Source: Utricularia gibba (lineage: Eukaryota > Plantae > Magnoliophyta). From it: a DNA stretch of 64,000 bases. Where the stretch lies: NCBI GenBank assembly GCA_002189035.1, contig NEEC01000011.1:2294001-2358000 (forward strand), read 5' to 3'. The notes below the pieces were generated by a model, which was not told where the DNA came from, did not search any database, and saw nothing but the letters and a program-made list of their open reading frames with translations. How positions within the stretch are numbered: the first letter of the stretch is position 1; every line of letters begins with the position of its first letter. Made by a program: the position numbers and the translations under genes. This document shows positions 13,166 through 25,548 of this stretch, one piece after another.

Positions 13166-13649
13166 ACAATACGCCCTCAAATGCGACGAATCAACTCGCC
13201 GATTGATCGGCGATGACTGCCGCTGTGGATCCCCACGGCCCCTTCATCCCACCGTCATAATGCAAATCAAGTTCCAACCCCAAGTCCTGGCATCAATCAA
13301 TTATCCCCCCAATTCAGCTGCATCGCAAGCCCTAATCCATCGGTTTTCGCCTGCTTTTTCTCTTGCACTAACCTGCTTACGCCATTCTAAAATTCTTATA
13401 ACACCGACTAGCTATTCAATACATTTATTACCGCTCTAATAAATAAATATTTTTATTTTATTTAATTGTAACAAACTTGCGAAATGACGTAATTATTGAC
13501 CCCAGATCAATATATATTTAAATTTAATTGGAGACATTAAATAAATAATTTATGGAAAATTTTGCACTTTTTCTAAATATTATCGGAGAAAATATTTTTT
13601 TGATGTATTTGATTATTTTTAAATATTGTTTGAATATATCGGGGACCAC

Positions 13650-13784
13650 ATGACGTCATTGTCAGAGGTCCAATTGATTACGTTTGGGCCATTTGAAATA
13701 ATCCAAACGCCCAACTGCAGAATCATTGGGCCAACTAACTGGGCTTTAAGCCTGTGAGATGGCCCTTTCTCATGAACCGGGCCA
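13650..13784. promoter_or_regulatory. Site II (TGGGCY) cluster plus palindromic bZIP C-box upstream of UPL3
   Basis: ATGACGTCAT at 13650-13659; TGGGCC at 13685 and 13727; TGGGCT at 13740. Confidence 0.55.
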
Positions 13785-15942
13785 ACAACACGGGTGGCTT
13801 ACAGTTGACACTTCCGCAGTTTCAGTCGCATCACGACGGACGACGACGAAAGCAGTGGCTAGCGGCGGAGCGTCGCTGAGTAGGCGCAATCTTTTGCCGT
13901 ACTGCTGATCCGAATTTTCAACAACTAGGGTTCTTTACCATCCCTATCGTGAACTCTCCGATTTTATTATTATATCAGCGCTGGTCAATCAAATCGTAAT
14001 CGAGTATCATTCTGATCCCTAGCTCAATTTGATTACACGATGGATGAATCTGAATCCGATCTATTTCGTGATTGGGGCATCCATGCACTGTTTGTGCTCG
14101 TTTTTTTATCTTCTTTCTTGACGCTTGTGTGCTTTACGGGTGTGTAAGCACGTAGCTCTTTGTTCCCTTCTGATTACCTGCATATTATACAAACGAAACT
14201 TCCAAATCTAAAGCAACCAAAACTGATTTTCTTTTTTTGCATATCAAGATGAAGTGTGTAAATCATATCAAATGCTATTCATTCCCGACTCTTCCATTGA
14301 TTTGCATTCACAGTTCCTTCTCCTGTTAGGCTTTTTTTCAGAGGTTGCAGAATCTTCCGAGAGCAAGCTTATGGAAGCATCATTCATCGAACGAGGTAAC
14401 CACTAAGTGCATTTTACCATCTGCAATCTTTCTGGGTTTGGTTCGGTTAGCTTCCCTGACAAACTATAAACGCCAAAAGAATCATTGCATATGTCAAGTA
14501 GGTCGAGTTTCCAAGCATGGGTGCGCTTGTAGTTTACCTGAAAAGTAAGAATCACTGTTAATGATTGAGGAGACATTGCATGTTGCTCCACACTTTTGCT
14601 TCTACTTCGAGGGATGGAAAGCCTTAAATTTCAAAGTGTTTCCTGGTAGAGGAATAGCCATTTGCTTGTTTAGAAGGGTTAGATGCCCAAGGCTCCAACT
14701 TAGAACCTGTTAGGTGTACTCTTTTAGGATAATAGCGATCCCATCAAACCATGCAGCAGAGATAAAGAGAAAAAGAAGTGTTTTGAAATCGGATTTAATC
14801 TATTAGTTTATTTATTTATTATTTTGAATGGATTTTTTAATAGATTGAATCGATTTTCAATTTAATTAATTTAAATAATAATAATTATTTAAATTTAATA
14901 CTTTTAAATTTAGAATTTTCTTTATTTGTATTTAATTTTTTTAAAAAATAAAAACCGAAACCATATCCAAACATGGGATCTAGGGTTTAAGGTATCAGGA
15001 ATCAATACTTGTGTTACAAGATCGTGTGCATGATTTACCATATTGGTGGCGGGTATGGTAACCGGGTACGGTAATTATATTTTAAAAAAAAGAGAGAGAG
15101 AAAATGCTGCACAAGAATTGGAAAATGGATGACGGCAGAAATGGTTTGATGGGACAGGCTGCCACCAAGGACATAGGTTGCGCGGTGAATCCTTTTCGAC
15201 CGGATCGGATACCTGGTGGGTTCACATCTTATCTTCGTTTTTCACCTATTTCACCCATTCCTTCTCCTCAATCCTCACAATAAAAGGCTTCTTCCTCCTC
15301 CGTTCCCTCTCCTGGTTTCGCCTTACCTGTATTGGTGTCCCATTTTCTGCATCGGGTGAGATATTTTATCTGTGTTTCGTTTGATGGGTTTTCTGTTTTT
15401 CATAAGACGCAAGACTTGGAAGAAGCAAACCCTTGTTGATATTCAATGGAAAGATCCGATTTTTTTTGTTTTTCGCCGTATGTGTATTTTGAGCAATTGT
15501 TGTGGAGCTCCATGGTCTCGAGAATGGCGTTTTATGTGTGCGTGTCTTCGAAATTGTGACATTCTTGATTGAAAATGATGGGGTTTATAGAATTCGCGGG
15601 TTTTCTCGTTATTCCTAGCTTGTCAATTTTATATCAGTTTGTAGATCAATTTACGCCTGTTATTCTTGGTGTCTGTGGTGTGCTCTAGGGAGCTATTTCC
15701 ATGTTCATCGTGACTTGGGAGTAGCAATTTTATCGATTCTGTTTAATGATGCTTGCTTTATAGTGATGTTTCCCTGATTTCTGAGTATGTTTTGAGAGAA
15801 AGGTGTTCCTTTGCCACTCTTACCGTCCTGAAAGATTGACTTTTTATTTATAGTATCTTTTTTTTTTGTTTTCTTTCATGGTCTTTGCTCTCGATATTGG
15901 TGGTTTCTGTAAATTCAGGAAACTGTAGAATTGACTTCGCTG

Positions 15943-18900
15943 ATGGAAAATGACACTAAGCCAACAAGGGATGCTAACATAGAACCAGAGATGATCAATC
16001 AGAATGAAGTACCAATTACGAGCACTGAGACAATTTGCAACCGGTCCAGTTCAGATGAATCAAAAGACGCAGCTGGACATGCAGCATTTGAAGAGGTAAT
16101 TGAATCAGTATCGCATGAAAATTCCAAGGAAACTAGTACGTGCAACACTTCTGTGAATACTAACCTTATTGGCTCCTTGCAGAATGATGGCAGTAACTCA
16201 GATAACTATAGCAGGATAAATAGATCTGATGATGCCATTGAGGATAACCCTGATGGGAGTCAATTATCCACTGCAGAGACTGCCAATAATGGATTGGAAG
16301 TTTTGAATGTTGAACAAGATATTGTAAACAAGGAAGAAGGTAACTTTGGAGATATGGATTCTGGTGATGGCGAGCCTGGGAATATAAATGAGCAGAACAA
16401 ATTGAATGTAAATTTAAGCAATTTGGAACAACATGCTGAGGGCAAAGTGCCCAGAGAAGTGGTTCTGAATGCGCAGATTGAGAATGTAGGGGATGCAAAT
16501 GGAATTAACGGATCCTATATTTATCCTGATGTTCCTCCAGTAAGTTCGTCAGGAAGTGAATTTGGTCCTAATGGTGAAGACCTGCATGAGAAGCAAAATG
16601 ATGCCTCTGAGTTTCCGGTGGATAAGAATGGAATTTCTGAAAATGGACACGCAGAACCCAAAAGGGAGTATGATGGAGTCCGCACTGAAAATCCAGATAA
16701 GGTATCTTCTGCTATATCCAATGAAGATATGGAAATTCTTGTTGAGAATGGGAAGAAGAAGGAGACGGGTGATAACACAGGTGCTGATTCTTTCATGGTC
16801 GACGACACCAACAAGGAGATATCATCCGAGCTGGAACATGATGTTCAACCTGTAAGTACCAGAGATGCTCCCTCACTTCCGGAGTCTTCTTCTCATATCA
16901 GGTCCCAACCTCTAGATGATCTTTCCTCAACCAATAAAGGCACGGGAAATCCCACTCGTCCAGCAGGCCTTGGACGTGGTGCTCCATCATTGGAGCCCTC
17001 ATCCCGGGCTGTTCCTCAGCCTAAGGCAAATGGAACTGTCTCCCCAAAACAGAATCAGCTCGTTGAAGATCCTTCCAATGGACAGGCTGAAGAGTATGAT
17101 GAAACCCGTGAAAAGCTTCAGATGATTCGTGTTAAATTTTTGCGTCTTGCTCATAGGCTTGGTCAGACGCCACATAACGTTGTTGTAGCACAGGTGCTGT
17201 ACAGATTAGGTTTGGCTGAGCAGCTTCATGGAAGAAGTGGGGGGCGTGTTGCAGCATTTAGTTTTGATCGCGCAAGTGCTATGGCCGAGCAGCTTGAAGC
17301 AACAGGACAAGAACCCTTGGATTTTACATGTACTATCATGGTTCTTGGGAAATCAGGGGTTGGAAAAAGTGCAACTATAAATTCTATATTTGATGAAGCG
17401 ATGTTCAGTACGGATGCTTTTGAATTGGGGACCAAGAAGGTTCAGGATATTGTTGGTACAGTACAAGGAATTAAGGTCCGAGTGATTGACACTCCTGGCC
17501 TTCTTCCTTCTTTGTCAGATCAGACCCAGAATGAGAAGATTCTACGATCCGTGAAAAGATTTATCAAGAAATCACCTCCAGATATCGTTTTGTATCTTGA
17601 TAGACTGGACATGCAGAGCAGAGATTATAGCGACATGCCATTGCTGAATACCATCACTGGAATCTTTGGCCCATCTATATGGTTCAATGCCATTGTTGTA
17701 CTGACCCATGCAGCATCAGCTCCACCTGAAGGTCCTAATGGAACGGTCACAAGTTATGATATGTTTGTTTCACAGAGGTCACTCGTTGTCCAGCAAGCAA
17801 TACGCCAGGCTGCTGGAGATACTCGGTTAATGAATCCAGTCTCCTTGGTGGAGAACCACTCAGCTTGTAGAACAAATAGAGCTGGGCAGAGAGTGTTGCC
17901 AAATGGACAAGTTTGGAAGCCTCACTTGCTGCTGTTGTCATTTGCTTCTAAAATCTTGGCTGAAGCCAATACATTGCTGAAGTTGCAAGATACTCCTCCT
18001 GGAAGAACTTTTTCTGCCCGGGCTAGATCACCTCCGCTGCCTTATCTTCTTTCATCCCTTCTTCAGTCAAGAGCTGAGGTTAAACTTCCGTTAGATGAGG
18101 ATGATGATGGCATAGATGATGATCTGGATGAAAACTTGGATCTCGAGGAAGTATCAGAATACGATGAATTACCTCCATTTAAAGCACTGACCAAGGCCGA
18201 GCTTGCAAAACTCACCAAAATGCAAAGAAAGGCATACTATGATGAGCTCGAATATCGAGAGAAGCTGCTAATGAAAAAGCAGCTGAGAGAAGAGAGAAAG
18301 CGGCGAAGAGTGATGAAAAAGATGAGGGAAGCCGCCAAAAACACACCAGCTGAAGTTGGCGAAAATGGAGAAGAGGATGCCAGTAGTGCAGCATCGGTAC
18401 CTGTCCCGATGCCAGACATAGCTCTTCCTGCTTCCTTTGACTCCAGTGATCCCACTCACAGATATCGTTCTCTCGAGTCCTCCAACCCATGGCTCGTGAG
18501 AGCTGTGTTAGAACCCAATGGATGGGATCATGATGTTGGGTATGACGGTGTAAATGTTGAGAGATTGTTTGTGATAAAGGACACGATACCTGTGTCTTTT
18601 TCCAGCCACATTTCTAAGGACAAGAAGGATGGGAATCTTCAGATGGAGGTTGCAAGCTCAATTAAGCATGGTAAAGGTAAAGCAACTTCCATGGGCTTTG
18701 AGATGAAATCGATCGGAAAAGACTATGCGTACACGGTGCGAAGTGAAACCAAGTTTAGCAGCAACAAAATAAACAAGGCAGCTGCTGGCCTCTCTGCTAC
18801 TGTCTTGGGAGATATTGTAACCGGCGGTGTAAAACTGGAAGATAAGTTGATCATTGGGAAGCAGGGGCAGCTGGTCATCTCAGGTGGAGCAGTGTGCGGC

Positions 18901-19218
18901 CGGGGAGAGGTTTCTTTTGGAGGTAGTTTGGAAGCAACTCTCAAGGACAAAGACCATCCTTTAGGTCGTTTCCTGTCAACGCTCGGGCTTTCGGTGATGG
19001 ACTGGCATGGAGACCTTGCAATCGGATGTAATTTGCAGACCCAGATCCCCGTCGGACGCCACACCAACTTGATCGGCAACCTGAATATAAATAACAGAGG
19101 ATCTGGTCAGTTCAGTATCCGAATGAACAGCTCAGAGCAGCTCCAGATTGTGCTGGTTGGCTTGATTCCTTTGCTGTCAAGGCTGGTTGGTTATCCTCAA
19201 CAGGTTCATTATGGATGA
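15943..19218 (+). CDS. TOC132: Chloroplast outer-envelope import receptor GTPase, TOC132/TOC120 subfamily, single coding exon
   Basis: Acidic A-domain. EETREKLQMIRVKFLRLAHRLGQTPHNVVVAQVLYRLGLAE-type segment, GKSGVGKS and DTPG G-motifs, and M-domain WDHDVGYDG. First ATG at 15943, after a 5'UTR intron (donor about 15356). Confidence 0.93.
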   Translation: MENDTKPTRDANIEPEMINQNEVPITSTETICNRSSSDESKDAAGHAAFEEVIESVSHENSKETSTCNTSVNTNLIGSLQNDGSNSDNYSRINRSDDAIEDNPDGSQLSTAETANNGLEVLNVEQDIVNKEEGNFGDMDSGDGEPGNINEQNKLNVNLSNLEQHAEGKVPREVVLNAQIENVGDANGINGSYIYPDVPPVSSSGSEFGPNGEDLHEKQNDASEFPVDKNGISENGHAEPKREYDGVRTENPDKVSSAISNEDMEILVENGKKKETGDNTGADSFMVDDTNKEISSELEHDVQPVSTRDAPSLPESSSHIRSQPLDDLSSTNKGTGNPTRPAGLGRGAPSLEPSSRAVPQPKANGTVSPKQNQLVEDPSNGQAEEYDETREKLQMIRVKFLRLAHRLGQTPHNVVVAQVLYRLGLAEQLHGRSGGRVAAFSFDRASAMAEQLEATGQEPLDFTCTIMVLGKSGVGKSATINSIFDEAMFSTDAFELGTKKVQDIVGTVQGIKVRVIDTPGLLPSLSDQTQNEKILRSVKRFIKKSPPDIVLYLDRLDMQSRDYSDMPLLNTITGIFGPSIWFNAIVVLTHAASAPPEGPNGTVTSYDMFVSQRSLVVQQAIRQAAGDTRLMNPVSLVENHSACRTNRAGQRVLPNGQVWKPHLLLLSFASKILAEANTLLKLQDTPPGRTFSARARSPPLPYLLSSLLQSRAEVKLPLDEDDDGIDDDLDENLDLEEVSEYDELPPFKALTKAELAKLTKMQRKAYYDELEYREKLLMKKQLREERKRRRVMKKMREAAKNTPAEVGENGEEDASSAASVPVPMPDIALPASFDSSDPTHRYRSLESSNPWLVRAVLEPNGWDHDVGYDGVNVERLFVIKDTIPVSFSSHISKDKKDGNLQMEVASSIKHGKGKATSMGFEMKSIGKDYAYTVRSETKFSSNKINKAAAGLSATVLGDIVTGGVKLEDKLIIGKQGQLVISGGAVCGRGEVSFGGSLEATLKDKDHPLGRFLSTLGLSVMDWHGDLAIGCNLQTQIPVGRHTNLIGNLNINNRGSGQFSIRMNSSEQLQIVLVGLIPLLSRLVGYPQQVHYG

Positions 19219-19761
19219 AGATGAAACTGAACCCATTTCCTCACTACATCATCGGCCATCCCTCCCAAGATTAGTAGCCATCTCTTTGGTCAGCATCTGT
19301 CATGCCACAAGATCTTTTTCCATCAGCAGAACTTGGAAAATAACTCCCTGATTTCTGGTGCAGATAGATTCAAAGTTGGAGGAGTTGAAGAAAATGCCTA
19401 CAGTAAAGTGGACGACGCCCTGGAAGACAATCAGATTTGGATCATCAGTATCTGCCTCGTGAGATTGATATTGATTATGTTGCTGTCTTTGTCATTACAT
19501 GATTCTGCCATCTTAGACTGGGGGCTTTTTTGTAGTGATTTCATGTAATAATTCCCTTGCTAGTTATTTGGAGTGTTGATGAACATTTGGAATGAGTTTT
19601 TAAAACCGGCAAATACGTACAATCCACAACATGTTATGCACATGCTAAACCTACAATCAAATCTGAAGAAACATGTTGCGGATTTAGGTCCAGGGGGGCA
19701 CACAACTGCTGATTCAGACATGAAATCACATCTGGCTAAACATGGATATCTATTTCTGAAG

Positions 19762-20495
19762 CTACCGTAGAACAACAGTTGCATTCCTGAGAGCCAAGTA
19801 TCTCTGCACATAATCGTTTGGGAGGGATCTAATTTGCTTGAATACCTCTGTGTTGGCATACCGGAGCTTCGTTCTTGGATCGAAATAAGGTGCCTGCACA
19901 GGGATATGAAAGCCCCTAGTGAAGTTCACATATGGAGTACAATATAGTGATGGCAACAGATGGAATGCAATTCAGTTATCAATCAGCAGAGCCTAGAGTG
20001 TCTAATACTTGGCATGATTCCCTAGAAACTGTGCTAACTCGTTTCTGCAGAGATCCTAACGTGCAGTAATTCTACAACCCCAGCATTCCCATTTTTGCAA
20101 TTCACTGTAATAAGAGAAACGGATACCTCATATCCTGTTACATCACAGATTCGTTTGCAGGGACGCATAGAGGGCGGCGTATCGATGTTAACATCTGCAG
20201 ACAAATGGATCATATGCCACTGTGATTAACAGTAAAGGTGGGAAAACTGATGGTATCCTAATCAGTAACAAAGCGCCTTAGGAACCTGCCCTAACAAAAA
20301 AATACCCCATGAGCAAGACTCACAATTTGGTTGATCAGGTGGATAGTTCTGATAGTTTTCAGCTTGAAGTATCTGTTTAAGATGCTTCCACCTAACCCTA
20401 GGTTGGCCCTTGGGATACTTATCATACATCTGCACCGCCTTGAACCTCATGTGAGTCGGCAGCACCATTCCTGCTTCCAGCACCTCTGGCTCCAT
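19762..20495 (-). CDS. IES6: INO80 complex subunit C (Ies6, YL1-C domain), 3 exons, 123 aa
   Basis: Exons 20495-20324, 20194-20127 and 19893-19762 give ...[63 protein letters not shown]...LRNATVVLR*. Confidence 0.93.
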
Positions 20496-20728
20496 TCCCG
20501 ATTCCGAATTCCACTCGATAATCGCAATCGCCCTGAAAACACATATACGAAGAAAAAAATCAAGTGAAATGAACGAATAAATCAAACATACAGGAGGAAG
20601 AAAATCCTCTTGTCGCCTTGTAATTACCCTGAATCGGAGAATTAAGCTGCTAGGTCTCCCACCGCGGGAAGCGGTCGGAAAATATTACCAGAAGCCGGAG
20701 CTGCATATCAGTATTTGTATTTGCTGAT

Positions 20729-20772
20729 TGGGCCAGCGCATTGCATTATGGCCCATTCCCCTACACGGCCCA
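20729..20772. promoter_or_regulatory. Site II cluster in the IES6 / ATP synthase e bidirectional promoter
   Basis: TGGGCC 20729-20734, GGCCCA 20750-20755 and GGCCCA 20767-20772, inside a 439-bp gap between divergent ATGs. Confidence 0.6.
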
Positions 20773-20934
20773 TAACATTATTCGTATTTGAAAAGAAATA
20801 ATTACCATATGGTACCATTTGTCTACATAATTGCATAAAGGGCACATCACTCTTTTCAAAATTACAAAGTGGCCTCTCTGATTTCTATAATAGGGCTCAT
20901 ATGGTAGAGAGGAACGGGAATTCTTTGAAGAAGG

Positions 20935-21812
20935 ATGACGCCGCCGCTGCCGCCTGGGCCGTATTCCGGGAAGAGCTCTCTTGCTCTGGTATCTCCATTT
21001 TCCTTTCGCGATCTGCAATCGGAACTTACTCTTTGGTGAAAATTTGTGATTTTTCTGTGGTTTGGCGGTTGTCGCAGGTAGCTAGGGCTTCTGCTTTCAC
21101 ATTTGGGATTGTTTATGGAAGCGTCAAACTTAAGATTCTCAAGGTATTTTTCGCCTGGTAGTAACTATGCTGTTGACATTTTTAGTGAAAATTCGATGTC
21201 TCTTTTCCTATTTGGGAGACGGAACCAAGGAATTGGATTATGCATTTGAATTGATTATTATACTCCGTTTCTGGATCCCCTGAGCATGAGTGCTTCGTTT
21301 AGGGGTACAGATCTTGATCTTTTGATGGTCTAGGATGTAACAACCTGGTGTCTGTTGGTTTTGATGATCAGCATAGTTGGTGACCAAGGTGTAGGATACC
21401 GCATGAATCCCTGTAAAACATCTCACAATACGTGCATAGTTTTCCCGTCTGAGTTAGAGTTTGAATGCTGTTTAAGAAAGGCGACGGAGGCTCCTCTGTA
21501 AACCATTTTGACGTGGTTCCATATTTGGGTCATTAAGGATCAATATCCTCTCTATAGTGCTTTTTCAAACTTCCATACATTGGTTTTTTCCTGTTGTGCT
21601 TCTGATCAGGTGTTTAGCCTGATTTTGCACACTATTGCAAGACCCCCATTCCCTTTCCATTCCTTTTGAATTGCCAAGTTTCCTCAGTGCCAAGTTTCCC
21701 TTGCTGGTTATACAAATGATGATATAGTGGCCTCAACCACCTTACATTCTTCTTGTTTTTACAGATGAAGGCGAAGCCCAGTAAAGTAGCTGAAACAAAG
21801 GGACACCACTAG
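20935..21812 (+). CDS. Mitochondrial ATP synthase subunit e, 3 exons, 55 aa (not recoverable from the ORF track)
   Basis: Exons 20935-20988, 21078-21143 and 21765-21812 give MTPPLPPGPYSGKSSLALVARASAFTFGIVYGSVKLKILKMKAKPSKVAETKGHH*, matching the plant subunit e pattern PGPYSG...LALVARASAF. All junctions are GT-AG, phase 0. Confidence 0.9.
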
Positions 21813-22636
21813 AGTCTTCTCTTGCATTCTGCTCAAAAATAGCCGGTGAAAATTTAATTTTCCGCAATGGAAACACACTCATAGGTGGGAATTCAAGGAC
21901 CCTCGTTTTCATTGTGCTTTTTTTTTTATCTCTTAAGACAAGGCATGTGTGATTGACAATAACATAAACCACAGCAAGAAGCTGTGTGTCTCAGAAAGAC
22001 AACTTTGAACGTTCACTGCTTCATATTGTCAAATGCGGAGATGTCAATAAAATTTTGAGTATTTTACAGACTGGCCCCTTCTACTTTGTACTTCTTCCAA
22101 ATTGGCCTCTACACGTGGCTTAACGAGAAATACGCAAATTGGCCACGTGTCGTCATCCTAATAATTTTTAATTGCTTGTTGTTTGGTTAATACGATATCA
22201 TTAAATTCAAAAACAAAATGCGAAACTTACAACATATTTTTTTTATTTTTGGTACGAATGCGAAATTCTTGCTCATTTGCGAGACCCTCCCATTGCTAGG
22301 CGTCACCGGAGAGATACCTGAGACCAAGCATCTCCTCCACGGCGGTTCCATTCTCCAAGGGACTAGATATACCAGCTCCCCTTGTCGCTTTTCGCAACAG
22401 AGGTTAAGTTTCCTTCGATGTCTTGCTGAAGATATCTTCACTTCTTACTGGACGGGTTTCGAGTTTAATATAGATTTGATGCATTCGTGCTTTAAAGTCG
22501 AGAACTTTCGAAAGTGCGGCAATGAATTATTGCAGTTTTCGACGAATTGTGGGTCTGAACATGGAGCTGTTTCTGTTTCTTGTTTGGTATTTTGTTTTTG
22601 TCGTCCGAGTGTTTGTGAAAATGCCTGTGTATAGAT

Positions 22637-23952
22637 ATGACGAGCGGGAACTCTGGGGGTGCAGAAGGGGTGCTACGCCTTCTACCCAGCTCTTCAATTT
22701 CTGTAGCTTACCATACTCTGTGTAGCAGCCACGATGACCATATGCTTATTGAGGTTGATGAGAAGCTGCTTCCTGAATTTCTGCATCAAGGGTGTGCGTG
22801 CTTTTTGTAATGCTTGTTAGTGTTATTTCTCTATAAGATCTTACAAGCTACGTTTTTGTTTCTTATGTTGCATTTTCATGTAGAGTAACTCTACGAGGAG
22901 GGCCAGATGAAGATGCTGTTCTTTGTACTCAGTCAAAAACGTATGCTGTTAAGTTTGTGGGTACATCCAACACCGTTTTCCTTATACCTCCTTCGGATGT
23001 ATCCTCCGAGTCTTCTGGGAGCAATGGCCATGAAGACGTTGCAGTTGCATCTGTCATACAAGTTGCACCAGGTTGCATGGAACTTGCTGAGGTTGCACCG
23101 AAACTAGATCAACTCAAAACACTTCTCTCTCAAAATCCTTATGGGTCTGCTGAAGAGGATGATAAGCAAAATCCTGGGTCATTGAGATGGAGTGATCTGG
23201 TTAGTAGAATACAAGCAAGTGACGAGGAACTAAGGATGGGCCTAAAGATGCTCTCAGCCATCGAAATGGATGGATACTGGCGAATTTTAGATAATGAGTA
23301 CATGAATCGACTTGTCACCTGTCTTCTGCGGAATATTACATTAAATGACTGGTCCATCGACTCACTTAACAGAGATGAAGTTTTGGCTGGCCTACAGGAA
23401 GATGGATTTCCTCTTAATGTTGCAAGGCATTGCTTTGAACTCTTCTGCATCAGAAAAGACGATGAACTCTCTACATGGAAATTGAACGATAAGCAAATTT
23501 GTGTGCACTTAGCCAGAGAAGTTCTCAAAGAAGGGAAGATGAAAATGCAAAGCTTTATGGACAGATGGACACGGAAAGTTCCTTACGGAATCGCCATAAG
23601 TTTTGACATGTTAGAAGGTGAAGTGTTGACAGAGAAGCTTGGAATCGACACTTGGGTGTACTTGTTTAGTGTCTCATCTCTCCCCTCTTCTCCGGCTGAT
23701 CGCTTTTCGAAGCTTTTCGAAGAGAGATCGAAGTGGGGATGGAAAGATCTAGAGCCATTTGTCAGGTGAGTTACACCTATCTGTTCCCAGTCTTTTTGCA
23801 TTGTTACCAATTTCGCTCTTTACATGTCGCCTTTATATGCTGTCTACAGGGATTTGAAAGTACCGGGACTCTCTTTAGAAGGCTTGTTACTGAAATACAC
23901 TCGACGAACTCAGCCAAATCCTGGTGCAGAACCTGTTTTCAGTTCAAGATAG
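22637..23952 (+). CDS. DCC1: Sister chromatid cohesion protein DCC1, 3 coding exons
   Basis: Exons 22637-22791, 22884-23765 and 23850-23952. Motifs VTLRGGPDEDAVLCTQSKTYAVKFVGTSN, RFSKLFEERSKWGWKDLEPFVRDL and LLLKYTRRTQ. Confidence 0.92.
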
Positions 23953-25548
23953 CACGTGGGAGGTTAGAATTTCTCGATCTCGGTATGCACCCGAGTCTGT
24001 CTTTTCTAATTTTAACTTTTAAATAATTTATAGCGAATTCATATTTCAAATTCTAAGACTAGTGATTTTCTAGAAATTTCACTTCTTTGGTAACTGCCAG
24101 TTGAGATTGGCAACCTTCAGTATCTTCTGTGTATTGCAATCTTTTCATCAAACCATCTAGGCTTCTGCACTCACCATCAAATAAGATCTGAAAAAGATAC
24201 AAAGTAGTGCCATTTCAATGGCTGGGTGATAAAGGTACCTAAAGCAGCAGAGAATGCAGTAGGGATGAATGGCTGGGTGGTAAGGCAAACCCAAGAGAGT
24301 AGAGATGAATAAATAGGTAGGGCAGACCGCATGCAGCACAAGTGCTTAGTTTTTTTTTTTTTTTTTTCAATGGCAAGCAGCTCAAGTGCTGAGAAGATGA
24401 CAGACGAGGTTCAACTGAAGTTTGCAAGAACTAGGTCCTCCACATGGTCTTAAGGGCTATAACTCTGTGAGAACTGAGAGCACATGCCACATGGTAGTAA
24501 TAATGCCTACAGAGACTGGATGGATACACAGGAAACCATGTTCTAGTTCCTGTTTGTATTCAAACCATGTCAAGGACAAGCGCGTTTTGTAATAAAATAA
24601 GTATATGCACAGATAAGAGCACAAGGAGATGTCGCTCCCAGTCCTGAAGAAATTCGCAGCACCACTTACACTTGTCAGAGAGTTTAACATGGAAAACAAC
24701 AGGTCTTTCAGTGAGGAAGAAAAATGCAAAATATGAAAACTATTCATAAGCTATATTCAAGTGAGCCGCATCCTGGAATGCTTCATTTTAATTTACAAGA
24801 GGATCTACAAATGCATTCTGGAATATATGATGGGAGGAAGTGAATCTGGAACAGCAGCCTTGTTATCTAATATTCTCATGTGCACACAGAGCAAAAGGGT
24901 CGAAGCGAAGATTCCTCACCTAAAGCAAGATCCCACTTAAGCGAGCAGTAGAGCAATAGGAATAAAGAAAAAGGCATGGCTCGTAATCCAAAATGTCAAA
25001 TTTTAAGAAACATCGAGATTCAGCTCAAGGCAAAAGACCTGCACTAGAAGTTGGGGAAGCACACAGAAGTCGAAAGGAAGTTAGTGAAACGTTGGAGAGG
25101 ATGGCTCTCAACCTTCTCTCAGCTTGTAGCTGAAGCACTTCGAGACCAGCACTAAGCTAGAGGCATGTTATCAATTAGTTCACCAGGGCACAAAGTGCCA
25201 AAAAATCACAGCATAGTGCTCCAAGGGACTAGTTGAATGATGAAGTGAACAGGGGCGAGGAGTAATTGAGTCACAAAAATAGTGCAAAGAAAAATGGGCA
25301 TGTCTATAAGAAGATGGTAACTGATATTCACTGGACAAGCAAATTGCGCTCCAACTTCACTATAGGAGATCATACATTCAATGTTCTCAAGACGCAAGAG
25401 GCACACACAGACACAAGGAGATACAGCAACCAATACAATGTTTATTATTATCTATAAGAGACAAAAACAGGAAACAGATATATTATAGAAACAAAAAAAA
25501 AACCAAATGTTGCAAAATTGTTCCATCCAATGGCTACTCACAATTAGA

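Noticed and set aside
14778-14975. AT-rich Tourist/Harbinger MITE-like patches (also about 31296-31480)
   Set aside because: Only partial TGTTT/AAACA ends, with no clear TIR pair or target-site duplication.
24100-25540. Possible hidden gene or miRNA between DCC1 and the PB1 gene
   Set aside because: Only short ORFs, no long hairpin, and no conserved miRNA sequence recognised. Consistent with convergent 3'UTRs.
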